A stretch of 64,000 nucleotides of DNA from Candidatus Latescibacterota bacterium (GTDB taxonomy: Bacteria; Latescibacterota; UBA2968; GCA-2709665). Made by a program: the position numbers and the translations under genes. The notes under the pieces were generated by a model, which was given only the letters and a program-made list of their open reading frames with translations, did no database searches and had not been told where the DNA came from. Positions 30,619 to 41,100 of the stretch are shown here, piece by piece. Each line of letters starts with the position of its first letter. Positions within the stretch are counted from its first letter, which is position 1. Location of the stretch: contig OZ244744.1 in NCBI GenBank assembly GCA_965219455.1, forward strand, positions 2,432,001 to 2,496,000, in the 5' to 3' direction.

Positions 30619-30858
30619 GTGGACATCGGCGAGACGTACTACGATATGGGGGAACACGAAAAGGCGATCCCATATTTTCAAAAGGCCGTTCAACTGAGCC
30701 CCAATCACGCAAACGCCCACCTGTTACTGGGCCTGTCCTATCGAGCCTTGAATCATGTGGAAGAGGCCAGGCCACATTTCGAAAAAGTGTTGAAACTCGA
30801 GTCCAACCATCCTCATGCGGCCCAGATCAGACAATGGCTGGTGGGAACCCTCGAATAG
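30619..30858 (+). pseudogene. Orphan C-terminal TPR fragment of a third membrane-TPR paralog
   Basis: 79-aa ORF homologous to the last two TPRs of the two upstream genes; 30737-30841 is identical to 25562-25666. Confidence 0.75.
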
Positions 30859-31068
30859 CGTCTTCGTTATAACCGCCGATGCCTGGAGGAGTTCCAGGTC
30901 GAATACCTCTGAATCCGGTGAAGTAGATCTCTGAAAAGCAGAGGGAGTGTCATATTCTTTTCCAAGTGGAGTTTAAGAATCAGCGAAAAGGCAACCGTGA
31001 TGCAAGATGGCGACTGAATACATTTATTCACATACCGACGGACGATGGCCGAAATGGGGGTAAACTCA

Positions 31069-32187
31069 ATGCGACCGATATTGATCATCCTGCTTTCAGT
31101 AGTTGTCGTGCAGACGTCTGCGAATCTAATCAACAGGACAGAGGCAACGTCAGCACCGGCGGAGACTAACTCCGCCAGCGCCTGCAATCCGGGGGATTTC
31201 GATGGCGACTATGACGTAGATTTCGCGGATTTTGTAGCCTTTGCTGGTGTTTTTGGGACAACATACCCAAAACCGCCACAGTCGGCGGATCGTGATGTGC
31301 TGGTGTCGTTGTATAATGTGACAGATGGGCCAAACTGGAGAATCGGGACAAATTGGCTGACCGAAAATAACCTTTCGACCTGGCATGGCGTTACTGTTGC
31401 GAACGATCGGGTCTCGGGCATAAACCTCGATGGGAATAATTTAACCGGTACGATTCCGCCCGAACTCGGCAACCTGTCGCACCTTACGCATCTGTATCTT
31501 GCTTCTAATCGATTGAGTGGACCAATACCGCCGGAATTGGGTGACCTGTCAAACCTTTCGAACCTGGTTTTAGCTTACAATCAATTGAGCGGTCCTATCC
31601 CATCAGAATTGGGCAATCTGTACAACCTGCGGCAGATCCATTTTGCAGGAAACCAGTTGCGCGGGCGCATCCCTGTTGCTTTAGCCAACCTGCGTTTTCT
31701 TGAATCGCTTTACCTACATCTCAACCAATTGAGTGGTCCAATCCCGCCCGAACTGGGTGATCTGCCCAACCTCGAAGTTCTGTTGCTTTCAGAAAACCAG
31801 TTGAGTGGTCCAATCCCACCCGAACTGGGTAGCATTGCCAGCCTCAGGCACCTGTGGATTGGCGGAAACCCCTTGAGTGGGCCTATCCCATTAGAATTGA
31901 CCTACCTTCCTGACCTGTCTCGTTTGTTCGTTGGCCAGTCTCACGTGAGCGGGCCCGTGCCACCCGAACTGGGCGACGTCTCTACCCTGACGCATCTGAA
32001 CTTTCACACTTGCTCATTGACCGGTCCACTTCCCCAGAGTCTGACCCGGCTAGAGCATCTTGACCTCTTGTTGTTTCACAGGACGGGCTTGTGCGCACCC
32101 ACTAACGAAACCTTTCAGACCTGGCTCCGGGGCGTTGCCACCGCCCGCGGCCCGAATTGTGATTCCTCTGAAAGTAGTGAAGAGTAA
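31069..32187 (+). CDS. Secreted leucine-rich-repeat protein (plant-type 24-aa LRRs) with a dockerin/EF-hand-like motif
   Basis: Signal-like N-terminus; GDFDGDYDVDFADFVAFAGVFG; cap DRDVLVSLY..TDGPNW...W.GV; repeats L..L.L..NQLSGPIPPELG.L. Confidence 0.88.
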   Translation: MRPILIILLSVVVVQTSANLINRTEATSAPAETNSASACNPGDFDGDYDVDFADFVAFAGVFGTTYPKPPQSADRDVLVSLYNVTDGPNWRIGTNWLTENNLSTWHGVTVANDRVSGINLDGNNLTGTIPPELGNLSHLTHLYLASNRLSGPIPPELGDLSNLSNLVLAYNQLSGPIPSELGNLYNLRQIHFAGNQLRGRIPVALANLRFLESLYLHLNQLSGPIPPELGDLPNLEVLLLSENQLSGPIPPELGSIASLRHLWIGGNPLSGPIPLELTYLPDLSRLFVGQSHVSGPVPPELGDVSTLTHLNFHTCSLTGPLPQSLTRLEHLDLLLFHRTGLCAPTNETFQTWLRGVATARGPNCDSSESSEE

Positions 32188-32700
32188 CGAACACCTGAGG
32201 GAAACTTTAAGAAAGCAGTTCCACTCCGTTACTCAAAACTGACCTTCCTTCGAAATTGACCTACCACAACTCAAACAACATCTGGACGACGGATGTGTTT
32301 ACTGATAATACGTTGGTTCTAGACTCCAACTATTCACAAGCGGTCCAGATCCCGCAATGGCTGGGCAGCACACACGAATAGTATCTCCTGTACAAGGATG
32401 TTTTTGACAGAGACGGGCGCGGGGACCTCTCCCCCCGGACAGAGCTATCAGCTATTAGCCGTAAGCTGTCAGCTAAAAACGAAAAACCGATTCAGGTGAC
32501 GCCAACGCCATTGTGTGGGCGACCGCGAAGGGCGCAGACCTCTCCCCCCGGCCCCCTCTCCTAAAGGAAAGGGGGAGACAAGCGTTGACTGTTCCCCCTT
32601 CCGTCAGGAAGGGGGTAGGTCTCCTGTTTTTTCCGAAGCCCCCGGATTCCCACGTGGATTCGGGTTTTTTTTTGACGTCGGGTCACGCCCCGAATCGATG

Positions 32701-32902
32701 AGGCAGATATGGCAGAACAAATATGCAATTATGGCATATACGATTTACAGTAATGCCAAAATGGCATATACCCATCCCGGAATCGCGACCAAAATGCCAG
32801 TTCTGTAGGTGTAATCATTCGATTTATGTCGATAAACTATTGATATATATGGCTATATGCGACTCCCGAGTCAGGCTCGACGTAATTGGCACGGCGCTTG
32901 CG
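32701..32902 (+). promoter_or_regulatory. Sigma54 promoter with IHF site and upstream activator repeats
   Basis: TGGCAC-N5-TTGC at 32887-32901; WATCAA-N4-TTR on minus strand at 32833-32845; ATGGCA/ATGCCA half-sites at 32709, 32731, 32761, 32794. Confidence 0.7.
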
Positions 32903-33003
32903 AAAAGATGTTGGCACAGGCTCGAGGGCGAACCGGCAGCTCTCGAGACCGGCAATAACAACAATTCGTCGGGAAAACCGTTAATCAAAAGGAGGATTCA
33001 ACC

Positions 33004-33438
33004 ATGACACTCACAAGGTGGCAACCCCGTCGGCGCTTTGGGCTCGTGCCCGAGATCGATCGTTTTTTCGACAGCTTCTGGAGAGGCCCGCAACACGAAC
33101 TCCCGATGCTGTCCACGTGGAGTCCGGCGACGGACGTGCAGGAGACCGATACGGATCTGCGGGTTCACGTGGAGCTTCCCGGCCTGTCCAAGAAGGACAT
33201 CAAGGTCAACATGGACAACGGCGTCCTGGCCATCCAGGGTGAGAAGCAGCACGCGGCCGAGGAAAAGGAGAACCGGTACCACGTGTCGGAGCGGACCTAC
33301 GGACGTTTCGCGCGGTCGTTCACGCTCCCGTCCGAAGTGGACGCGGAGAAGATCAAGGCGGGATTCGAGAACGGCGTGCTCACGCTGACCCTGCCGAAGG
33401 TGAAAGCGACCACGTCGAAGGCGATCGAGATTGCGTAG
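33004..33438 (+). CDS. Hsp20/alpha-crystallin small heat-shock protein
   Basis: P.TDVQET, ELPGL.K.DI.V, ERTYGRFARSFTLP, A.FENGVLTLTLPK; AGGAGG RBS. Confidence 0.95.
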   Translation: MTLTRWQPRRRFGLVPEIDRFFDSFWRGPQHELPMLSTWSPATDVQETDTDLRVHVELPGLSKKDIKVNMDNGVLAIQGEKQHAAEEKENRYHVSERTYGRFARSFTLPSEVDAEKIKAGFENGVLTLTLPKVKATTSKAIEIA

Positions 33439-33445
33439 CAAAGCA

Positions 33446-33492
33446 CCCACAAAAAAAGACCGGCGGGAATACCGCCGGTCTTTTTTTGTGGG
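33446..33492. terminator. Bidirectional intrinsic terminator
   Basis: Perfect hairpin CCCACAAAAAAAGACCGGCGG-GAATA-CCGCCGGTCTTTTTTTGTGGG just after the hsp20 stop. Confidence 0.85.
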
Positions 33493-33522
33493 CAGCGATC
33501 AGCAGTCAACAGTCAGATTGAA

Positions 33523-33879
33523 GCAAAAGGCAAAAACCAGATTCCAAATCCACATCTCCCCAAATTCCCTGCCTCCGGCGGAGGAAGGAAGGAAAAGGGA
33601 AAATCAAATTTAAAATCCATTTCTCCCCAGATTCCCTGCCTTCGGCGAGTTCCTTTTGAAGCGACCAAAAGGAACCAAAAGTCGCCGCTAGGCGCGGGGC
33701 CTGCCATATGCACAGCGCGAATTTCCTCACGGGATGCACCCGATCTGCTGCCCTACCAGCCACGGAGGAACATCGATCCAACGTGCTGAACGGAACAGCG
33801 CGCTCTGCTTTGACAGTCCTCCGGGGGATTATTGCTTTCGTAGCACGTTTGGCTTTCTGGTAAGGAGGGTGAAAACAGC
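33523..33879 (-). repeat. MITE-like element, family F2 copy 1
   Basis: Direct repeat of 35113-35467 (offset 1590); core 33551-33722 nearly identical. Confidence 0.8.
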
Positions 33880-34107
33880 AAGCAGGGGTTAGCCTCAATT
33901 CGGCCAGAGTCCGTTGCGATTTGGCCTGGCGAAGACCATTACCGATAACATCGCCCTCACGCGGGCAACCACAAGGGTTGCCCCTACAAATGTAGCGACG
34001 GCGCCACGAGGGAAAGCCGTTTGCGGATAGAACGTATATCCTGCCCTGCCAGCGAAATCGGATATCGGGGTTCGGTGGGTGCGGATTCTGTGACGCCCCG
34101 AGTGAAC

Positions 34108-35082
34108 TCATCCCTTTACAACTGAACGCATGGCCCGGATGTGCTCCGGCCCCGTCGCACAGCAGCCCCCGATAATCTGCGCGCCCATGGCCTTCCATTC
34201 CCGAGCGAACGCGGCAAGCCGTTCGGGTGTGTTGTCGCCCCGCTGCAGAATTTCGGCCGTTTCATCCGGCGACGTTCCGGCTTCTCCGGATCCCAGAGGC
34301 GCCAGAGGACGGTACCCGATGTTGGGGTATGCGCCCACGCAGCCGTCGAAAGCCTCTTTCAGATACGGTAGTCCGGCCGAGACTTCCGCCGGCGGCGTGC
34401 ACATAATCAGGACGCCGTCGACTTTGTGGCCTGCCAGAGCCGCAGCAAGGTCCTCGAGCCGCTCGCCGTACTGCATTGCTCCGTCTTCCCGAATATGCCG
34501 GACGCCCAGAAACGCCGGCAGGCCGGTCCCGGCGCACGCGTCCGCGGCCGCTACGCAGTCGGCGATGTATCCGACGTATTCCACCCAGATCACATCTACG
34601 CCGACCTCGGCCAGCACCTTCGCATGGTCGCCAATCTCCCTCCGGTACGCTTCCTCACCCATAATGTCAACGTCGGATTGTCTACCCTCGGACTGCCTCT
34701 GTACACACGGAGGCGCGATGCCGCCCGCAACGTAAGCCTCGGGGTTAACGGCGTCGCGCGCCGCGATTGCGTTCTCCGCGGCTGCCCGGGCGTAAGCTTC
34801 CCATCGGCCGCCCAGTCCAATTGGCGCCATTCGCGTGGGGCTCGTCCAGAAGTTGTTGCTGATAATGATGTCGGCGCCCGCTCGCAGGTAGTCCCCGTGG
34901 ACCTCCCGGACCGCCTCCGGCGCTTCCATATTGGCCGTGGCCGACCAGGCCTGTAGCCCACCCTCGGCCGTGGCGCCCTTCAACACGTCGATTCCTCTTC
35001 TCTGCAGTTCAGACCCGGTTCCGCCATCCAGGAGCAGAGAGGCGCCAGATTCGAGTCGATCCAGAATATTCGTTGAAGGCAT
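34108..35082 (-). CDS. Homocysteine S-methyltransferase family protein
   Basis: LLLDGGTGSELQRRG, H.DYLRAGADII..N.F, GAYPN, IIGGCC.TGPEHI zinc motif. Confidence 0.9.
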   Translation of the reverse strand: MPSTNILDRLESGASLLLDGGTGSELQRRGIDVLKGATAEGGLQAWSATANMEAPEAVREVHGDYLRAGADIIISNNFWTSPTRMAPIGLGGRWEAYARAAAENAIAARDAVNPEAYVAGGIAPPCVQRQSEGRQSDVDIMGEEAYRREIGDHAKVLAEVGVDVIWVEYVGYIADCVAAADACAGTGLPAFLGVRHIREDGAMQYGERLEDLAAALAGHKVDGVLIMCTPPAEVSAGLPYLKEAFDGCVGAYPNIGYRPLAPLGSGEAGTSPDETAEILQRGDNTPERLAAFAREWKAMGAQIIGGCCATGPEHIRAMRSVVKG

Positions 35083-35112
35083 CGGATCCTCCTTAAACAG
35101 ATTCAGCGGTCA

Positions 35113-35467
35113 GCCAAAAGCGAAAACCAAATTCAACACCCACCTCTCCCCAAATTCCCTGCCTCTGGCGGAGGGAGGAAGGAAAAGGGAAAATCAGATT
35201 TAAAATCCACATCTCCCCATATTCCCTGCCTTCGGCGAGTTCCTTTTGACGCGACCAAAAGGAACCAAAAGTCGCCGCTAGGCGCGGGGCCTGCCATATG
35301 CACAGCGCGAATACCCACAAGGGACGCCCATGACCCTCTGCCCTGCCGGCGATAGCGAATTACAATGTTGAGAGATGGACGGAACCGCGCGCTCTGCTCT
35401 GGTAGTCCTCTCGAAAGGCATCGCGTCTGAAACCAGCAGGGTTTCCTGTAAGTGGGGAGCAATCAGC
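35113..35467 (-). repeat. MITE-like element, family F2 copy 2
   Basis: Colinear with 33523-33879. Confidence 0.8.
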
Positions 35468-35606
35468 GTAGAGTCGTCAGCTAAAGGCGAAAAGCAGCTC
35501 ACACGAAGACACAAAGAAAAAGGGCATAAATATATAAATAACAATATAATAGAGATAAATACCGTCAGTCCGGAACAAAACCCGTCATTCTTCTTTCCTT
35601 TCCGAA

Positions 35607-36851
35607 TCATGCCTCCGGCAGGGTGAACCGCACGCGGTCGAACCGCCGGGCCATCGCCATCGCGCGTTTACGGGCGCCCTCCGGATCCCGCTGGCTCATC
35701 ACATCCAGTATGCAGCCGGCGATCTCGGGGGCGTCCGCCTCCGTCATGCCGTATCGGGTCACTTCCTGCACGCCGATGCGAAGACCGTGCGTCCCCAGTT
35801 CTTCCGGAACGCCGGCCGCATTGACGAGAATATGGCACGCCTCCAACTGCCTGGCCAGCGTACTGCTCTCGCCGAACGCTTCAACAATCGGCAGCACGGT
35901 GTGAGATTCGGTGAATCCCCGTTCGGCGCCCACAACCGGCACCCCCTGTGCGTCGAACGCCCGGCCCAGCGCCCGGGCATTGCCGATAATCGCATCCGCA
36001 TGCGCCTCCCCGCACGCCATCCACTCCAGGAACGTGCCCGCAAGCGACGGCAGGCGGCTGAGGTGATGGTTGGCGATCATCAGAGGCACGGTTGCCTTTG
36101 CGATGCGCTCGGCAACGTCTCTGTTGTCGGTCAGAATCATTCCACCCTGCGGGCCTGCAAGCGTCTTATGGGTACTCGTAATGATCACATCGGCGCCTTC
36201 CTTAAGGGGAGACTGAAACCGCCCGCCAGCGATCAATCCCATCACATGGGCCGCATCGTAAACGAGGCAGGAACCGGGACTGTACCGATTCATCGCGTCT
36301 TTCAGTTCCCGCACCGGCTGGGGAAAGAGGAACAGCGCCGATCCGACGATCACCAGTCCGGGACGGTGCTCGCGAATCAGCGAGACCGTCCGATCCAGAT
36401 CTATATTGTACTGTTTCCAATCCCATGGAATCGGAATCGACTTCAGGTCCACTTTCAAGTCCGAGTTCGCCAGCTTGGCGGCATACATGTGCCCGTTACG
36501 CACCTCAAGTGCCGTATCTCCCGGACGACCCAGCCCAAACACGGCGATAATCCCTGCAATATTCCCCGAGAGCGGTCGCAGGTCGACATAGGCCGCCCCG
36601 AAGAGCCCCTTCGCCAGGTCCTGGGCCATCTCCTCAATCTGCATGAGGAACGCATTCCCGGGATACCCCCGGTTGCGCGGATCGATACCGGAATAGGACC
36701 CGTACCTGTGGTCCAGATCATCCACGATCAATCGCTCGACAAGCGGGCTGGGCCTGTTCTCCGACGCGATAAGGTTCAAACTGCTTTCCCGAAACGTCGT
36801 ATGCTTCTCGACCAGGGCATCGATTTCCCGGACTCTTTGGCCAAAATTCAT
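35607..36851 (-). CDS. Serine hydroxymethyltransferase-like PLP enzyme (divergent)
   Basis: LNLIASEN, YDAAHVMGLIAGG.F.SP, STHKTLAGPQGG (PLP lysine), GLRIGVQE.TR; ATGA overlap with the upstream gene. Confidence 0.85.
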   Translation of the reverse strand: MNFGQRVREIDALVEKHTTFRESSLNLIASENRPSPLVERLIVDDLDHRYGSYSGIDPRNRGYPGNAFLMQIEEMAQDLAKGLFGAAYVDLRPLSGNIAGIIAVFGLGRPGDTALEVRNGHMYAAKLANSDLKVDLKSIPIPWDWKQYNIDLDRTVSLIREHRPGLVIVGSALFLFPQPVRELKDAMNRYSPGSCLVYDAAHVMGLIAGGRFQSPLKEGADVIITSTHKTLAGPQGGMILTDNRDVAERIAKATVPLMIANHHLSRLPSLAGTFLEWMACGEAHADAIIGNARALGRAFDAQGVPVVGAERGFTESHTVLPIVEAFGESSTLARQLEACHILVNAAGVPEELGTHGLRIGVQEVTRYGMTEADAPEIAGCILDVMSQRDPEGARKRAMAMARRFDRVRFTLPEA

Positions 36852-37912
36852 AGGGTTTTCCCTTTTCGCGTTAACGCATCGATCAGATCGACTTCGCTAT
36901 AAAGGAGCGCCCGTGCAAAAGCGCCTTCCCCCGCGTAGTCGGGCGCATTCCACGTTTTGGGCGCGCTGTAACAGGCCGTCACAAGCCGCTCGCCCAGCCT
37001 CACGGTCGAGGGGTACCCCAGATCGCTGTCCCCCAGATCATCGCACACGATCAGCCGGACACTCCAGGTGCGCCCCCCGTCTTTGCTCACGCGGGCCTGC
37101 ACGCCGAAAGGTTCGTGCCGCACGCCATGCACCATCAGAATCCAATCGTTGGACAGCAACGTCAGGTCGGCCGGGTGTTCCCGTTCGCCGGTCACCTCCA
37201 ACGGTGCGTCCCACGTGTACCCTCCGTCTGCGGAACGGCACACCGCGATCAAGCCCCCTCGATCAGCGGAACGCATCGCTGCCAGTAGCACACCATCGGA
37301 GGTGAGGAGCAAGGCCGTTTCGTTGTATCCTTCGGCAATCAGCGAAGGGCGATCCCACGTCCGGCCGCTGTCGTCAGAACGCAGAACATACGCGCAATCG
37401 CCCGTCTCGACACCGGAACGGATATTGTGGCCGTAGAGCGGCAGCAGCATCGTCCCTCCGGGAAGGGTGACAATCCGGCCGAACGCGGAGTGCAATTCCA
37501 TCTCGGTGAATCCGAGGGGCCGGTTGTCTTCCCAGCTTCTCCCCCCGTCGCGAGATCGGGTGACGCGCATCTGCACGCGTCGCAACTCCGGCATCCAGCT
37601 TCCGCCTTCGCCATAGGACCCCTGGGCGTGGTAGGCCAGTACGACCGTCCCATCGGGCGCCACGCCCACGGCCGGATTCCGGTCGTCCGCCTGGGTGTCC
37701 ACAATAACGACCGGCGGCTCCCACGTCCGCCCGCCGTCCGGCGAGCGAACCGCCTCCAGGCGGCCGGTAACGCCCACGTGACCCGCCCCGGCGCGCACCA
37801 CGGCCAGGATTTCCTCGCCGTGCACGTTGACGAGAACCGGAAAATAGCCGAAGTCACGGCAGAGATACACCTCGGTAGCTGAAGGAAACCTGCGACAATC
37901 GATCGTGTTCAT
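36848..37912 (-). CDS. Asp-box (BNR) sialidase-fold protein
   Basis: Five Asp boxes (SPDGGRTW, SRDGGRSW, SDDSGRTW, SADGGYTW, SKDGGRTW), YFP, and DLGYP. Confidence 0.85.
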   Translation of the reverse strand: MNTIDCRRFPSATEVYLCRDFGYFPVLVNVHGEEILAVVRAGAGHVGVTGRLEAVRSPDGGRTWEPPVVIVDTQADDRNPAVGVAPDGTVVLAYHAQGSYGEGGSWMPELRRVQMRVTRSRDGGRSWEDNRPLGFTEMELHSAFGRIVTLPGGTMLLPLYGHNIRSGVETGDCAYVLRSDDSGRTWDRPSLIAEGYNETALLLTSDGVLLAAMRSADRGGLIAVCRSADGGYTWDAPLEVTGEREHPADLTLLSNDWILMVHGVRHEPFGVQARVSKDGGRTWSVRLIVCDDLGDSDLGYPSTVRLGERLVTACYSAPKTWNAPDYAGEGAFARALLYSEVDLIDALTRKGKTL

Positions 37913-37933
37913 CAAGAATTCCTTTTTGAAAAT

Positions 37934-38112
37934 TCAGCTATCAGCTAAAACAGCGATCAGCGATCAGTTTACAGCCGTCAGCTTGAAGCAAAAGGCGAAA
38001 ACCAAATTCAACCTCTCCCCCCGGCCCCCTCTCCTAAAGGAAAGGGGGAGAAACACCGGCAAGGCGGGCAACCACAAGGGTTGCCCCTACAAAAGCCAAC
38101 GTCGTCGCGGGA
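37934..38112 (+). repeat. Composite repeat: heptamer tandem, F2-type leader, CCCCTCTCC hairpin, REP
   Basis: TCAGCTATCAGCTA..; GCAAAAGGCGAAAACCAAATTCAA shared with F2; GGGCAACCACAAGGGTTGCCCCTAC near 38066. Confidence 0.7.
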
Positions 38113-38115
38113 ACT

Positions 38116-41100
38116 TCAACAGTGCCAGACGTCCGCTATCCGCCATGAATCTCCAGGCGCGACGTCGTATACGTAGAACGGTTTTCCCGAAAACGCCGCC
38201 GCCTCGCCGGTATCGGCCAGCATAAGCTTTCCCTTCTCCGCCGTTTTCAATCGAGGTCCGGTCTGCCCCCGCGTATGTGAAATGGTCTTGCCATCGAACA
38301 GGTCGCGCGCCACTTCCAGCTTCAGCATCGGCGTACCCGTCAGCAGCGTTGCGCCTTCCACCGCCTCAATCCGTCCCTCGCTCAACAGGAAGTCCATCTT
38401 GTCCAGTGATATCCTGTACCGGCCCTCACCCGCCGCCTCCACGCCCGCAACCTCGTAGGACGAATTACAGATGTAGCCGGGATGCGAGAGTACGACCGTC
38501 CGCCCGATCAGCGAACCATCCACCGGAAGCGGAACCGACGACGTCACGACGATCCGGCGGTCCTCGACGTCCACCGCGTCGACCCGTCCTCCCCATGCTC
38601 CCGGCCCTTCCATCTCGACCTCTCCGAATCGAAAGGCCTTTCCATTCACCACCTGCGCCCGGCGGATCGTATCGCCCTCGCGCTCCACAAACGCCCAGTC
38701 CCCGTCGAATCGAAACGGCAGGCTGTCCGCCTCGCCCTCCAGGAACCCATCCGTTCCGTCCACGATATAGTGGACACGCTTGCCGATCTCCACCCTCAAG
38801 CCCGCGGCCCGACCGCCTATACAAAGCGTCGCCACCTTGTCTATGCAAGTCGCCCCGGAAAACGGCTCCAGAACGCCCATGAACCGGTTTTCCTTCCCAT
38901 CCTGTCCTGACCGACGTACGATCACGGACCGGTCCCAGGGACTGTGGTCCTGCAGTCCCATCCCCTCGGCGAGCCCTGTAATCACCGTTGAACCCGCCTC
39001 GCCTGGCATGTGCAGCCGGATGCCTGCGCCCTCTTCTTCCGTCCGCCAGGTTGCCGTCAACCCGCCGTCCGTCCGGGCCCTCGCCACGTCCTTCACGAAC
39101 CCGTACCCGGGCGCCTCTCCGAACGGGACGTCGGGTCCGGCCAGCGTCCCCTCGTCCTGCGCCTCGAGGACCGCGTCCTCAGGCAGATCAATCTCGAACC
39201 GTTCCGCGTTCTCCCCGGCCCAACTGTGGAAACTGTAGTCGTGTTCCGCACCGCCCGCAATCCGGAACCAATCGACCACGTAGGCCCGCGTCTCATCCAC
39301 GGGAACCAGCGCCACCGCCCTGCGGTACAGGTTCGCGAGGTCCGGATAGGCCCGCTCGCCGGACGCATCGGCCATGTGCACCCACGGCCCGGGCACGAAA
39401 AGATTCAGACTGCCCGTTGCGAACACCTGGTTCTGGCCGTCGATGGCCGCTGTACAGTGACTGGCCGTATGCGTCTCCCATCCGGCTTTCTTCGGCGCCA
39501 CCCAGCTTGGCGGATATCCCAGGTCCGCGGACAGATCGTATCCGTAAGCGATGACATTCACCGCCAGCTTATCCATATGCCCGTGCCCGTGGTTCCCTTT
39601 CCCATAGTTCAACACGACATGCCGGCGGCTTGCCTGTTGGTCTCCCGCCCGCAGAATGCAGAACCCCGAATCGTGCAACACGTCGCTCTCGGGTGAAATG
39701 CCTCCGGCCTCCGCCGTCTCATTCCACGGTTCGCAATGGAACAACAGAAAGAGATCGCCGCCCTTGCGAGCGGCGTCCGGATCGCCGACGGCGGCCGCCA
39801 ACAAACGCCGCACATACAGATCCCGCGCCTCGGGCAGCCGCAGGAGACCGATCTCGTCTTCGAGGGAATATGGCGTGCGCAACACGGAGTTCCGGCCCCC
39901 GCCCGTATCCCCGATCATCGGCACGCGCCCGTCGCAGTCCACAGCGCGCGCGAATTCCATCATCTCGCGCAGTCGGAACCTTGGATCGTGATACAGGTCC
40001 ACGGGTGACGGGAAATGCGCTCCGTCATGAAACCCCAGGGTCCATTCGGCGGCATCCAGCGCCTCCCGAATGTTGCCAGTACTGTAAGAAATCGAGTCAT
40101 ACCAGAACTTCCCGTCCCGGAAGAAACTATTGGACATCACATTGTAAAGCCCCGTCGGCGCTTCCAGCGCCTGCCTGATCATCGCCCCGTTCTGCAGACA
40201 CGCCCCCACCTTGAGTAACGAGTAAAGCGATGACGTCAGGAAGTCGCCCCCGGCAATGGGCAACGTCCTGTCCAGAAACTCGTAGGCGTACGCGAACAGG
40301 TTCCGGTGGATGTTAAATATGATATCCTCCGATGTCACCCGCCCGTCCCCATCGAAATCCTCGCCCCCCCGTGCCCGGAAGAACCCGGCCACGTCCTCCT
40401 CTTCCAGCATTGCCTCGAAGATCAAATCGTACGTCACCGCCACGTGATTCAGAAAGAACTGCTCCCGCCCCGAAGCCTCCCCGACGTATCCGCGGATTGG
40501 ATCCTTGCTCCTGTCGTAGGCCTCGTATCCCTCCTTGATGCCCTGCAACCGCCCATACACCTCCGCCAGCCGGTTCAACAGGACCCCCGCCTTATGCGCG
40601 TACTTCCGCTCTCCCGTAAAGGCGTAAGCCAGCGCCAGGGCCTGGGACGCGGGCCGCCCCTGGTGTCCTGTTCCCGTCTGCGGGGCGTAGGGATTGGAAA
40701 ACAACCGGTAGAGGAGATAGCACCGGTACGCCCCCGTGAAATAATACGTGACACCCGCGTTCATGAACCCCTCCGGCGCCACCCACCCCGGTCCGTCGTC
40801 CACCACGCGGACCCGGGCGCCCGTGCCCGGGTTTTCGACTTCGATGCCCTGGTACCACCACTCTCCGCCGATATTGCACCGCCACTGATACGGATGTAAC
40901 AGGTCACTCTCGAGCGTGGACCGGTTGCCCCCGTGAATCGGACACCCGTCGTACTGGGCCACGGTCAACGCCATGGGATTCTGCGTTGGCACCATCGCAT
41001 ACAGCGTCTCATCGGAAAACCCCGTCCAGAAGTCGGCGTCCTTTACAATCTCGTCCACCATGTCCCGCGCCCACCCCAGGCGCTCCGCGTTCCGCCTTGC

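Noticed and set aside
25448-30858. TPR tail repeats as DGR template/variable repeats
   Set aside because: No reverse transcriptase in the window; differences are block-wise, often synonymous and not confined to adenines.
31420-32060. 72-bp periodic repeats as a non-coding array
   Set aside because: Explained by in-frame 24-aa leucine-rich repeats.
35607-36851. Assigning gene symbols glyA, addA/addB, dgoD or dapA
   Set aside because: Family membership is clear but key motifs or context diverge, so orthology cannot be supported without phylogeny.
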